Source: Octopus vulgaris
Taxonomy: Eukaryota
Direction: 5' to 3'
Assembly: GCA_951406725.2 (NCBI GenBank)
Contig: OX597838.1
Coordinates: 3,472,001 to 3,536,000 of the forward strand
DNA: 64,000 bases
Both the position numbers and the translations under genes were made by a program. Shown here one piece after another: positions 14,501 to 25,320 of this stretch; the stretch's first letter is position 1, and each line of letters opens with the position of its first letter. Under the pieces are notes generated by a model that searched no databases, was not told where the DNA came from, and saw only the letters and a program-made list of their open reading frames with translations.

Positions 14501-15359
14501 CGACTATAAGATACCCGGTTTTGGTTAAACTGCACCGCAAAATGTGGGAGTAGTTAGGAATCTAAATCGTAGGAGACAGACACCACACAACTTGACTTTT
14601 ATATATAAAGATATATATATATATATAAATAATACAAATGAGTTAAAGGTTCCCTACAGCTGTTTCAGACAGTTTTTATTGATGGACCCTTTGATTACAT
14701 AAAGAAAAAAAAAACATTTCCTTCAGGCGATTAAAAATTTGGTTCAGAGATAAAAATACAAGATGTGGATTGACCCTCTCAATTAGGCATATAATTATAA
14801 TTAAGGGTACTGGAGAGGCACCACCATGCCAGAAACAGCAGTCAAAACTGACTCTAGAACCACATCATATTTTCATATAGCTGTTCATGAATTCTGTGCT
14901 ATATGAGTACATGTGGTTCTAGAGTTAATTTTGACTGCTATTTCTGGCATGGTGGTGCCTCTATGGTACCCGTAATTATAATTATTATATACCTATAATA
15001 ATTATTACCTATTTGGTTTTCTCCATGCTGGCCACTTGATATGATCATCATTCTAAATAATGGTCTTGTCTTTTATAAATATATATATATATACACACAC
15101 ACACACATATATATATGAGGGTATTATTGTTTATAATAATATCAGTGGTTTAGCATTCATAAAAAAACCTCAAAGGGTTTATATATATATTATATATATG
15201 CATGAGTGGTTGTGTGGTAAGTAGCTTGCTTACCAACCACATGGTTCCGGGTTTAGTCCCACTGTGTGGCACCATGGACAAGTGTCTTCTGCTATAGCCC
15301 CGGGCCAACCGATGCCTTGTGATTGGATTTGGTAGATAGAAACTGAAAGAAGCCCATCG

Positions 15360-15392
<33 letters not shown>

Positions 15393-18300
15393 ATATGTTT
15401 GTGCTTGTTCCCTCGACATCACTTGACAACCAGTGCTGGTGCATTTACATCCCCGTAACTTAGCGGTTCGGCAAACGAGACCGATAGAATAAGTACTAAG
15501 CTTACAAAAAATAAGTTGTTCCTTCGTAAAGCTAATAATGTCCTCCGTTGTCAGCTTGTTAATATCCTTTGGTGGACTCCAGAGTGGCCAGGTTCGCCAG
15601 TTGTTTATAAATGGCAATGGTTTGATTTGTGAAAACCATTTAAGCCTTGCGCTGGTTAGGTTCAGCGTTTGCCATAATAAAAGTGCAGAATCTTGACCAG
15701 TAATCGGGCCATGATTCAGACGCTGAGACCAGAGCAACAAATGGTGGGATAGCAGCAGCAGAAGTTGGAATACGGGAGCTTGGACTGGAATCTTTTTCAG
15801 AAATTCAAACATGAATCAGCCTTCTCAAAGCCTCCATGTCTTCTCTGTGTTGCTGCGTCTGTTCCTCCATTTGTTCTCTCTGCAGTTGAAGTTGTTGTGT
15901 GAGTAACTTTATCAGCTCACTGCTTTATTTCGCCATTGCTATCAACATAAAAATAGTTAAATTATCGATAATAGAAATATTAAATTACTAAGTCTCTCTA
16001 AAGGAGATTACGGCAGCGTTACTGGATTTAAAGGTTATCGCCATACTAATATGGCAGTCTATAAATATAAGACTAAAGCTGTCGCTGATTAACTCCAAGA
16101 GGCCACCGCCTCTAGCTAGCTATATGACACACGAACCTGTGTCCATTACAACCTTCGAACAAGGGAGGTCAGCCGCTTCACCTTGCTAGTCAGACATCTG
16201 CAGACATGTTTCAGGGTTGTTGCCCTTTATCAATGCAGCGTAGTCAGAACCAGCAGGTGTCGCTACTGACTGTCTGTTCGAAGATTTTATTTACCTAGTT
16301 ACACTGGAATACATCCACTTGTTTTCAATAATAGAAATATTAAAATTATCGTTTTATCTAAACTGAAGCTTATGTGCAAAACTGATTGTTTACCTTTCAA
16401 ATAATTATATCTGAGTGTCAAGGTAAAAAGTCCATTCTGCAAGAATAGCCTTTCTTATCCTATCGTAAGAAGTCCACTTCACAAAAATGACAACAGTTTC
16501 CTACCGTCGACACCAATTTGTTATATTTCCCTTGTTTACTTACAAAGAGCAGAGTAATAATCCAGGTAGGTGTGTTGTCTGTGGCTCAATATACTTCTCT
16601 CGTTTACTCGCAAAGAAGAAAACACAGTGGTTCTCCAGATAGGTGTGAAGTCTGTTTATTCCAACTGCAAAACTCAAAACTAATAATAACGAAAACAAAA
16701 ATCGAGACACTTTGTGAATATTCTCGTGAGTTCCAGAACTTTGAATTCTATTGGCAAACAATCTTCACAACAATATTATTGTCCATCCCCTATTTACTAT
16801 TTTGATGCATAGACCCCTTTGTTTATTATTTTGTTCTGGTGAATTCCTTTAACTATTCGATGTTTAAAAACTAGTTTTATAGAAACTTCTTTTGAAATTT
16901 CCTATTTTGTTTTTCGCACATTAACTTGTGTAGGTTGGACCCTGTAAAATGTTAGAGAAAGAATCTCAGCTGTTTCTTGCAATACATACCAATATATGCA
17001 TCTAAAACAGGGGTTCTCAACCATTTCTCATCTATGGATCCCTCTTATTACTACTTTATTCTGGTGGACCCCCATATCTATCTGATGTTTGAAAACTAGT
17101 CTTATCGATACTTCTTTAAAATTCCCTATTTTGTTTTTCACCCATTGACTTGTGTAGGTGGAACTTCGCAAAATGTCAGAAAAAGAAACCCAGCTGTTTC
17201 TTGCAATACATACCAATACATACATCTAATGCAAAATTGTTTCAGGGGCCCTTAAAACATTATTGTGGATCCCTAATTTACTATTTTGTTGCGTGGACCC
17301 TCAAAAATCATGGACTGTTAGGGGCTATACCAACCCCTGTTGAGAATCACTGATTTAAATCCTTTTCCTCCAAAGTTGCTGGCCTTGTGCCAAATTTTTA
17401 ATGCGTTCTTTTAGGTGCAGTCATTGGTGGGTGGATGTGGTCAAGAGTTTTCTCATTCTTTGGCATCTTGGAGCAGTTGTCATCCTGTGCAACCTTCGGC
17501 TGATCATTGCCTTGTGTGTCTGACAATGTTAACACAGTTTTTGTTTAATTTCAGAATTGGTGGCTGTGTTCAAAGTTTGGTCTGGGACCCCACTGGTTCA
17601 CGTTTAGCTCTGCTGTTCAAAGGTAAATTTTTTTAATAATCAGATTTCTTAAATCCTTAAAATCCTTAAAAATGTTTCAGCCCGAAGGCTGCGGCCATGC
17701 TGGGGCACTACTATCTGCTAGAAAATTAACAATCTCATCACCAAAATCTCAAAGCTATGAGATAATACATGATTAATTGAAAACTATGGACAGAGTAACC
17801 TGAATGGCCCAAATATTCTACCAGTTTTATGCTTAAACTGGCCAGATCCTGTCTCTCACACCTACCCTACAATGTCATTCTAAAAACAAACAATCACATT
17901 GAAAAGCTAAGACATAATGCATGATTAATTCAAAATAATTAGTTTTTTAAAATAGGAATAAAAAAGCAATGCATTTGACAGAGTAATCAGAAATTTAAAG
18001 GGTTGAACAGGTTGTTCTAACTTCTGTTATTTTGTGGTGACCCTTTCAGTAAATCCCTTCCGGTTCAAAGTACTCCGTCTCCAATTCCAATATGAAATAC
18101 TCCCACCCACTTCCACTTCTAATGTTCCTGTTTGTATTGCAGAATCCTTTGGTTGTAAGAAAAACCTGATAGCAGTATTCCGTACAACAAAAAGCCCTTC
18201 TCTGAAAGCCACGCCATGGTAAGGAAATTTGTTTTGCTTCTTTTTGACCCCCAACTCACATGACTTGACCCCTTGTTCTATGAAACTAAATGTTCTGTGG

Positions 18301-19272
18301 CCGATGCCGGTGTCACATAAAAGCACCTGTGCCAGGTGGCACGTAAAAAGCACCCATTACACTTTGTGGAGTGGTTGCCATTGGGAGGGGCATCCAGCCG
18401 TAGATCCCATGCCAAGTCAGACTGGAACTGGCTTACCAATTCCAGTCAAACTGTTTAACCCATGCCAGTATGCAAAGCAGATGCTAAATGATGACGATGA
18501 TGATGATATCAGTTTTAACCTTTCATTATAATTTCATTTCAGAACTTTTGTCTTGTTCCAAACATCAGCATCAATCATCATCATCATCATCATCATCATC
18601 ATGATGCTGGTATAGATTGGATGGTTCTACAGAATCTGCTGAGTCCAAGGACTGCATTGTTCTCCAGTCTCTGCTTCGACATGGTTTTAGTTTCTACAGC
18701 TGGATGCTGTTTCTAATGTCAATCACTTTGCAGCATGCACTGGATGCGCTTTTATTTTTCCGTGGAAGCAGCTCCAGTGAGGCCCCCATGCAGCGTGTAA
18801 GACAGTAAAGACCTGGATTGGAGGGTAGCATATGTGCGAGGAGATGAGGGTATAGAGCAGGTAAGGGTAACGTTTTTGGAGATGCAGATCACACAAAATA
18901 TGGCACATCAGGTGCATCACTTGAGACATGGCTCATCTTCAGGTGGGCTGCACTACTAAGAAAAAAAATGGGAGGTGTTTTATCATTAAGTATGCCATTC
19001 GGAAAGCTCAACGGGTTGCGTTTTGCTCACGACCAGTATAAAGTAAAAGAGGGGGGAAGGACGGAGGGGCAAGTAGGTTCTTGTAGTGGAGCCACTAGGT
19101 TACTCACCTGTAGGTAGGAGAGGTGAAAATGATGAGAAGCAGCTGCAAATCCAGGTGTCACTTTGAGGTGTGTAGACCTGTGTTTGGGACAGTGGATTTT
19201 GAAAAAAAAATAATGAAAAAAAAGAAAGCTACTTACCACACAGCCACTCCTGCGCCTCTCTCTCTCTCTATG

Positions 19273-19304
<32 letters not shown>

Positions 19305-21725
19305 GGGGCATATACTTTTTTCAGTTTCCATTCACCAAATCTGTTCACAAAGCTTTGGTTGGCCCAGGGCTATAGCAGACACCACTTACCCAAGGTACCA
19401 CATTATGGGATTGAACCTGGAGCCATGTGGTTGGGAAGCAAAACTTCTTAACCACACGGCCACACATACACCTATAGTATATAAAATAATAAATTTACAC
19501 AACAAAGTAGAATCTGAAAAATACATTGTTAGAAATTAAAAATATTAACGATCAATATTTTAAAATAATTTTTGACTAATTAACATTTCATTGTCCCCTT
19601 AATTGCAGTGGTTGGGTCAAAGGTGAAGAAGGAGATTCAGCGCAGTTCATTTGTTTCAAACCCAAATTCCAAGATGGCGCCTTACTGACTGTGGTGAGTA
19701 TTGCTGTAGTCTGGGCTGAAATTGTGGAGTAAGGAATTCTTGTGCGTGTATGTGTGTGGATTTGCACATGTAAGTATGGTTGTGTGTGGGTGTGTGAGAG
19801 AATGTCTGTGCATGCATTTGTGTATGTGTGTATTGTGTGTGTGTGGTTGCAGAGGAGAGTGTAACAGGCAATGAGGGCTGGTTATATGAGCACCACAAAA
19901 AATGGACTGGAGTGGAGTGTGGGCCCAGGCTACCAGTGTCAGTACAATATGTATTTATAAGTGGTGACTGAGAAGGGGGGAGTGAGTTTGGGTGATAGTG
20001 AGAGAAGCTTGTGTGAGTGAACAAGTGAGAGAGAGCGAGAGAGAGAAAGACAGTCGGGAAGAACGAGTGAAAAGGAGGCATCGGTTGAGTGGTTTGTCAG
20101 AAACTAGTAAGCCAGGGGACTGTTCCAGGCTCTGCTGTCTACTTTGACATGGTTTCTATGGCTGGATGCCCTTATTAACATCATCATCATCATCATCGTT
20201 TAGCGTCCGCTTTCCATGCTAGCATGGGTTGGACGATTTGGCTGAGGACTGGCGAACCAGATGGCTTGCACCAGGCTCCAATCTTGATCTGGCAGAGTTT
20301 CTACAGCTGGATGCCCTTCCTAATGCCAACCACTCCGAGAGTGTAGTGGGTGCTTTTATGTGCCACCGGCACGAGGGCCAGTCATCATTATTATTTAATG
20401 ACTGTTTTCCATTCTAGCATGGTTTTTGTGGCTGGATGCCCTTCCTAATGCCAACCACTCCGAGAGTGTAGTGGGTGCTTTTATGTGCCACCGGCACGAG
20501 GGCTAGTCATCATTATTATTTAATGACTGTTTTCCATTCTAGCATGGTTTTTGTGGCTGGATGCCCTTCCTAATGCCAACCACTCCACTATGTATGGGGT
20601 GCATTTTAATGTGGCACCATGAAAGTAAAATAATGAAGATATAGCTTCTTACAATGCGAAAAGGGAACATTTTAGCAGCACAAAGGGACCATTGCTAGAA
20701 GAATATGTCGATTATAGACAACAGACAGTATGGCCAGATCTGTATGGAATCACATTTCTTTATTCAGTTCACTTTTGATGATGGACCTTTGTGCCCTAAA
20801 ATATGTAAGGGTTATTAAAATGTTTTCCCTTTCCACAATAAGACCCAAAGGTGTCAGGTAATATTAAGTGCTACGGACAGACTATAGTTAAGCTCTAGGT
20901 TCAGGGATTATGTGAATAAGGAGTCCAACGTAGGCCATATATTACCATGCGTATACATAAAAAAAATTAACAGAATGAGATAAAAATCCAAGGCTGTGAA
21001 AGATTTCAGAACATTTATAAAGTTAAGGTCTTACAGCTGCTGTTTCTGGGATATTTTTTATATACCTTCATCGGAGACGGTATGAGAAAATGGTTAAGCA
21101 ATAGTTATTCTAGATAAGATATGAAAGAGAGAGTGAAGTGGAGGAATGAAAACAGACGTGAGATATGCGTTGATATTGTATCAGCAGTTCCATTATTTAG
21201 GCAGAATGGTATACATAGAAGATTCCTGTAGCTCGTGAGTAAGTTCCAATAGTATTTAAAATTGGTCATTCCAAGTATAGAGTTTGTATGTGTGTGTATA
21301 TATATTTATATATATATATATATAGAGAGAGAGAGACAGAGAGTGTGTATGATCACAACTGTCTGATGAATGGGTATGGACAATATCAACTCTGAGTTAC
21401 AGTTTATGAATATTTTTCAACTTTAGTAAAAGCAAATTACTCTACCTTTGGTATTTGAGTACTATTTTTTTCCCACTTTGTTTTGCATTTATGTGCTTAC
21501 TCTTGTGTGTTATATATGTATGTATGTATATAAGACCTCTTGAAACTAAAGAGTTTTTGTTCTGTTGTTCTTCAGGTTTGGTCCAGTGGTAGAATTTCTC
21601 AAGTGCCTTTCTATTTCCTTGTTCCTGACAAGATTTCTTCTGGAGGACCTCTACAGATGGCGCCACAGTTTGGCCCACAGCCTGATTGCCTACTTTTCTC
21701 ATCTGCCATGTCTGATTTGGACTGA
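706..21725 (+). CDS. AAAS: Aladin (WD40-repeat nucleoporin), 5'-partial multi-exon gene; exons 706-824, 2151-2203, 2966-3054, 4021-4067, 4541-4699, 6074-6157, 6562-6682, 9551-9675, 11909-11969, 13713-13894, 17555-17622, 18143-18218, 19609-19693, 21576-21725
   Basis: All exons have AG/GT boundaries with consistent phases. The spliced protein contains aladin motifs [87 protein letters not shown]. The start exon is not in the window. Confidence 0.95.
878..1195. repeat. 25 bp GC-rich minisatellite, about 12 units
   Basis: Unit gctggccctggcccagcggacccga, decaying toward both ends. Confidence 0.85.
2151..2203 (+). CDS. AAAS: AAAS coding exon ([17 protein letters not shown])
   Basis: ttccag acceptor, gtgagt donor, phase-compatible with neighbours. 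Confidence 0.85.
2966..3054 (+). CDS. AAAS: AAAS coding exon ([30 protein letters not shown])
   Basis: ttcag / gtgagt; RWA-S-H motif of aladin. Confidence 0.88.
4021..4067 (+). CDS. AAAS: AAAS coding exon ([16 protein letters not shown])
   Basis: tttcag / gtaagt; 47 nt. Confidence 0.88.
4541..4699 (+). CDS. AAAS: AAAS coding exon ([52 protein letters not shown])
   Basis: ctgcag / gtaagt; first WD repeat. Confidence 0.92.
5263..5662 (+). mobile_element. Non-autonomous Helitron
   Basis: Starts TC, ends with a short GC-rich segment and CTAG, lies between A and T with no TSD; related copies at 14246-14611 and 51519-51902. Confidence 0.75.
6074..6157 (+). CDS. AAAS: AAAS coding exon ([28 protein letters not shown])
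   Basis: ttccag / gtaagg. Confidence 0.93.
6562..6682 (+). CDS. AAAS: AAAS coding exon ([40 protein letters not shown])
   Basis: ttgcag / gtttgt; WD repeat. Confidence 0.94.
7498..8865 (+). mobile_element. 5'-truncated RTE-clade LINE (end of RT ORF, 3' UTR, (GAT)n tail)
   Basis: [11 protein letters not shown]...[12 protein letters not shown]...LHGSETW...[12 protein letters not shown]...[10 protein letters not shown] is open to TAG at 8139 and ends in gatgatgat. Confidence 0.9.
9551..9675 (+). CDS. AAAS: AAAS coding exon ([42 protein letters not shown])
   Basis: tttag / gtgagt; WD repeat. Confidence 0.94.
9947..10516 (-). mobile_element. Internally deleted mariner transposon with both TIRs
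   Basis: ~30 bp inverted termini flanked by TA. The N-terminus [13 protein letters not shown] is joined almost directly to the C-terminus [28 protein letters not shown]. Confidence 0.9.
11909..11969 (+). CDS. AAAS: AAAS coding exon ([20 protein letters not shown])
   Basis: tttag / gtaagc; 61 nt. Confidence 0.94.
12021..12595 (+). mobile_element. RTE 3'-UTR-derived repeat with six tandem 61 bp units
   Basis: Same 3' end (aggaagggcatccagctg...(gat)n) as the RTE element at 7498-8865. Confidence 0.75.
13327..13560 (+). mobile_element. tRNA-derived SINE, second family, with a MetaSINE-like central domain
   Basis: Head GGCGAGCTGGCAGAA...GAGTTCAAATTCC followed by GCCTTTCATCCTTTCGGGGTCGAT..ATAAGTACC. 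Other copies at about 22400, 28170-28572, 29970-30200, 31465-31672, 32377, 35090, 45070. Confidence 0.75.
13713..13894 (+). CDS. AAAS: AAAS coding exon ([26 protein letters not shown]...SLDEDI)
   Basis: ttgtag / gtaagt. Confidence 0.94.
14246..14611 (-). mobile_element. Non-autonomous Helitron (same family as 5263-5662)
   Basis: Near-identical reverse complement; TC...CTAG termini. Confidence 0.75.
15520..15935 (-). mobile_element. Ty3/Gypsy LTR retrotransposon 5' (gag-like) fragment
   Basis: Frameshifted ...[24 protein letters not shown]....K...YKQLANLA...[13 protein letters not shown]; PBS-like TGGCG near 15935. Confidence 0.6.
16198..16238 (-). ncRNA. Minimal type I hammerhead ribozyme motif, U3-A8 variant
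   Basis: CUGCA-UUGAUAA-AGGG-caacaa-CCCU-GAAAC-AU-GUC/UGCAG. Confidence 0.7.
17555..17622 (+). CDS. AAAS: AAAS coding exon ([22 protein letters not shown])
   Basis: tttcag / gtaaat. Confidence 0.94.
18143..18218 (+). CDS. AAAS: AAAS coding exon ([25 protein letters not shown])
   Basis: ttgcag / gtaagg; FRT..SP motif. Confidence 0.9.
19609..19693 (+). CDS. AAAS: AAAS coding exon ([29 protein letters not shown])
   Basis: ttgcag / gtgagt. Confidence 0.93.
21576..21725 (+). CDS. AAAS: AAAS terminal coding exon ([19 protein letters not shown]...SDLD*)
   Basis: ttcag acceptor, TGA stop ending at 21725. Confidence 0.93.
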   Translation, partial: VWSSGRISQVPFYFLVPDKISSGGPLQMAPQFGPQPDCLLFSSAMSDLD

Positions 21726-22073
21726 ATCTTCTCATTCTCCCTCTCACGTCACACCACTTCAACAGACCACCACTGCTGAAAAGACTCTCCACTGTACAAA
21801 GACTTGATGGTCTGATTTCTCTTTCTCTCCATGCAATACAACACTATGAAACAACACTACTACCACCAACACACCACTGTACAAGACTATACCAACACAA
21901 CCACTACGCTATACTACATTGCAGGACCACCACTACTGAATGGACTCAATGTCGTATAAAGATTTCATGAACTGTGTGTTTCTCTCCAACACACCTCTAG
22001 ACCACTCTCCTGCCATTTCACTGCCACATGACCACCACTGTTGAAGGACTCCACTGTTGTACAAAGATTTTGA

Positions 22074-22079
22074 AATAAA
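22074..22079 (+). terminator. Candidate AAAS polyadenylation signal AATAAA
   Basis: First AATAAA after the stop codon, followed by T-rich sequence; no transcript evidence. Confidence 0.4.
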
Positions 22080-22889
22080 CTCCTCACCCCACTCCTCATT
22101 CTCCCACCACAGCTGTCTTTCTTCTTCGATTTATTTATTTTAATATCTTTTGTTGCTATAGTGATGTTGGTATTTAACCCAGGGCAGGTTCTGACCAAGC
22201 TGGCTTCAAATCGAACACATGCACCAACTGTGATCATCTTGTTTTTGTTTTCAGACAGAGTAAGAGCCAAGTATATCTTGGACTACATTACGTGTCCTTC
22301 CTTTTTCTTCTAGACAATAGAAGTGGTATGAGGGAGGTTTGGTTGTTGTAGTTATTTTAGTTGAACAGGTTTCAACATTGCAGACCCTCTGCGGGAATAA
22401 GGCGGTGAGCTGGCGGAATTGTTAGCAAGCCGGGCAGAATGCTTAGCGGTATTTCAACTGTCTTATGTTCTGAGTTCAAATTCCGCTGAGGTCAACTTTG
22501 CTGTTCTTCCTTTCGGGGTCGCACTGGGGTCGATTATCAAATGTTTATTCACTAAAATTGTTTTGAGTTAATCACGTACCATCTTTGTAGCATTGAGATT
22601 CCGATGTTATTTATGTTTAGAATGACATTGTAGGGTAGGTGTGAGAGACTGGATCTGGCCAGTTTAAATGCTAAATGGTTAACTGTTTCTCTGCATATGT
22701 TCCCTTCTTCCTCTAAAAAAAAAAAACTCCCCTGTTGGTTCACAATTGTTGTTTAGCTCCAGATCAGTTCCTGGTTGAATAGACCTATAATCAAAGACAT
22801 TCGTTCAAAACCCGTTGTTTTCCCACTGACTGTTGGCAACATTTATCTGCGCGTATTCTTTTAACATAAGATTGTAGGGCTTGGCATGT

Positions 22890-23901
22890 TCAATACGGTG
22901 TATGCCCTCCCTGGCTGTTCAAAACGGCCATACACCGTCGGTGCAGGGAATGCATGAGGCGGTTCACAAAAGCCATTGGCACCTGTGCCCACACCCTGAG
23001 GAAAGCTGCCCCCAGTTCCACACGAGTAGTCGGCCTTGGGACCACCTGGTTCAGCCGTCTGGATTTCATTCCACAGGTGTTCAAATCCGAGCTGAGAGCC
23101 GGCCACGGTATGTTTCTGATGTTGTGCTAACGCGGGAAGTCCATGGTGACCCTGACCGTGTTGGAGGGAGCATTGCCCTGCTGGAACACGTAGTTATTGT
23201 GCGAAGATGGGCACAATGTGAGATTTTAGGATCTGCTCAATGTAGCCTTGCGCTGTGATGCGATTTCCTCTGCTTGCACCAACATTTTGGAGCACATGGG
23301 GTCCAGTTCTCTGCCTATAGCACCCCAAACAATAGTGCTTTCGGTCACCCCACGCGTCTCTATAGCGTTCATCCCTCTTACGTCACACCCTCACTCTGCC
23401 ATCCGAAGCGGAAACGCAGTATTGGCTCCCGTCAGAGAAGACTATCGATGTCCATTGTTGATGTTGCCAATGTCGATGCTGTGTAGCCCAGTGTGGTCGT
23501 GCCTGACGGTGGTGGGGGATGGGGACAGGCCCTCGGGGAAGACGACGGTAATGCAGGGCGGCGGCGGCCAGTCGACGTCGTACCGTGTCCTCGCTGATGG
23601 GTCGCTGTTCAGTGCCAGTGGTCGCGCAAGCCATCACGCTGGCCGGTCTGAAGCGATCATGGAGGTGTTTCAGGTAGATGAAGCGGTCCTGCCTGGACGT
23701 GGTCAACTGGGGGGTGCCCTCTGTGAACATGGTCTGCAGTGCTGTTGGTGTTGTATCGCTGTTTCAGGCGATAGATGGTGCTGACATGGACACGACTATA
23801 TCATCACCCTCAAGTTTCGAAGCAACCAAGGCACAGTGCCCTGCTTGCAATCGGCCGATAGATTACTCTCTCTCTCTCTACGTTGCTGACAATCGGGTCA
23901 T
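22890..23901 (-). pseudogene. Tc1-family transposase pseudogene
   Basis: TTSRQDR...ISEDTVRRRL...WTSIVFSDGSQY...DGRVRV...FQQGNAP...WPALSSDLN...GGHTPY, with frameshifts and stops. Confidence 0.88.
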
Positions 23902-24221
23902 ACCTGACGCGTCCAAATTACGAATTAATTTTATTCAAGCCACAAGGGCCAAACATAGAGGGGACAACACAAAAATGAGCACGGGAGTTGGGAAGTGTGT
24001 GCAATTACATAGAAATGAAGGATTAAAAATTTATGATGATAAAACGAATGAAAAACAAACAGTACAATGAAGTGGGGGGCGGTTACGACCCCGCAAGACA
24101 CGTTCCTCCACTGGACCTTTTGGTTTACCTGTTACAGATTACATTCATGCAGGGTCTTTCATTTCCAACACGTATACCACTTATTTACAATTGATGGATA
24201 TTTGTCCTCATTTTGTTTCTT

Positions 24222-24267
24222 AACACAACGTTTCGGCTGACATATCCTCCAGCCTTCATCAGGTGTC
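24222..24267 (-). ncRNA. Minimal type I hammerhead ribozyme motif (Penelope-type), inverted copy
   Basis: GACAC-CUGAUGA-A-GGCUG...CAGCC-GAAAC-GUU/GUGUU. Confidence 0.72.
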
Positions 24268-24497
24268 TTGGGGGAAATTTCGAACCTGGGTTCTCATTCC
24301 TAAGGTATTTTTCGATGTTGTTATTGTTATTATTATAATTCAGGTCACTGCCTGGAATCGAACTCGGAATCTTGGGGTTAAGAGCGCGGACTACTAACCA
24401 CAAGATTCCGAATTCAATTCCAGACAGTGGCCTGAATAATAATAATAACATTGAAAAATACCTTAGGAATGAGAACCCAGGTTTGAAATTTCCCCAA

Positions 24498-24543
24498 GAC
24501 ACCTGATGAAGGCTGGAGGGTATATAAGTCGAAACGTTGTGTT
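24498..24543 (+). ncRNA. Minimal type I hammerhead ribozyme motif (Penelope-type)
   Basis: GACAC-CUGAUGA-A-GGCU...AGUC-GAAAC-GUU/GUGUU. Confidence 0.7.
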
Positions 24544-24659
24544 AACAACAAAACAAGATGAGGTCAAATATCCGTCAAATGTAAATAATGTAAATAATAT
24601 ACATAATTCCTCATCTCTTAAATATAAAAACTGTATTATGTATACCACCTGCTACCATC

Positions 24660-25320
24660 TTTTACCATACGTGTCCGATGACAGGCACCTCATTTCTAGC
24701 CTTATTTTCCTTCGTAGAAGGGAAACAAAAGTTTACCAAACCTTAGCCAGAAATGAAGATGCCTGTCGCCAATCCTTTCATTCGTGTCCTCCATACAGCC
24801 TCTTTCGCTAAGCGACCACTACGAGAAAACAAACCTTATCTTCTCTGTTCAGTGAGAGAGGTGGAACAATCTTTATGACTGATTCGGACGACAGCTGTAC
24901 TCTTCCCAGACGTGACAGCAGTCGTTCGACGTAAATCCACAGCTCTGTAGTCTCCGAACACTGCACAAATGCGTGCGGAACAGTTTCACTGCCCCACCCC
25001 ACATCTTGGGCAGGTGGGTGATCATGAGGCACCGTGCCTTGCGAATTTATCGTGAACTGGTAAGGCTCTTCGGTAACACTGCCAGGCTAGGGACCTCTGG
25101 AAGTTGTCTAGGGGGTCTCGGCTCGAATGTCCTTTTGAACAGGCTGGCTAGTTGACCATCGTGGAAACCCAGGTTTTCTCTCTCAGAGCGTCATCACACT
25201 TGGCCTCTACCAACCCTATATAGAATGACGAGGTGGAACTCACGCTACCAGCATTGCCCGTGCGGCAGAAGAAAAGTTGATAGAGAAATTAGCGAGAGAC
25301 AGTAGAATTTTACGTACTCT
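24660..25320 (-). mobile_element. Tx1/L1-clade LINE ORF2 C-terminal fragment (zinc-knuckle region)
   Basis: LAWQCYRRALPV...TCPRCGWGSETVPHAFVQC....LW, with stops; boundaries approximate. Confidence 0.75.
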
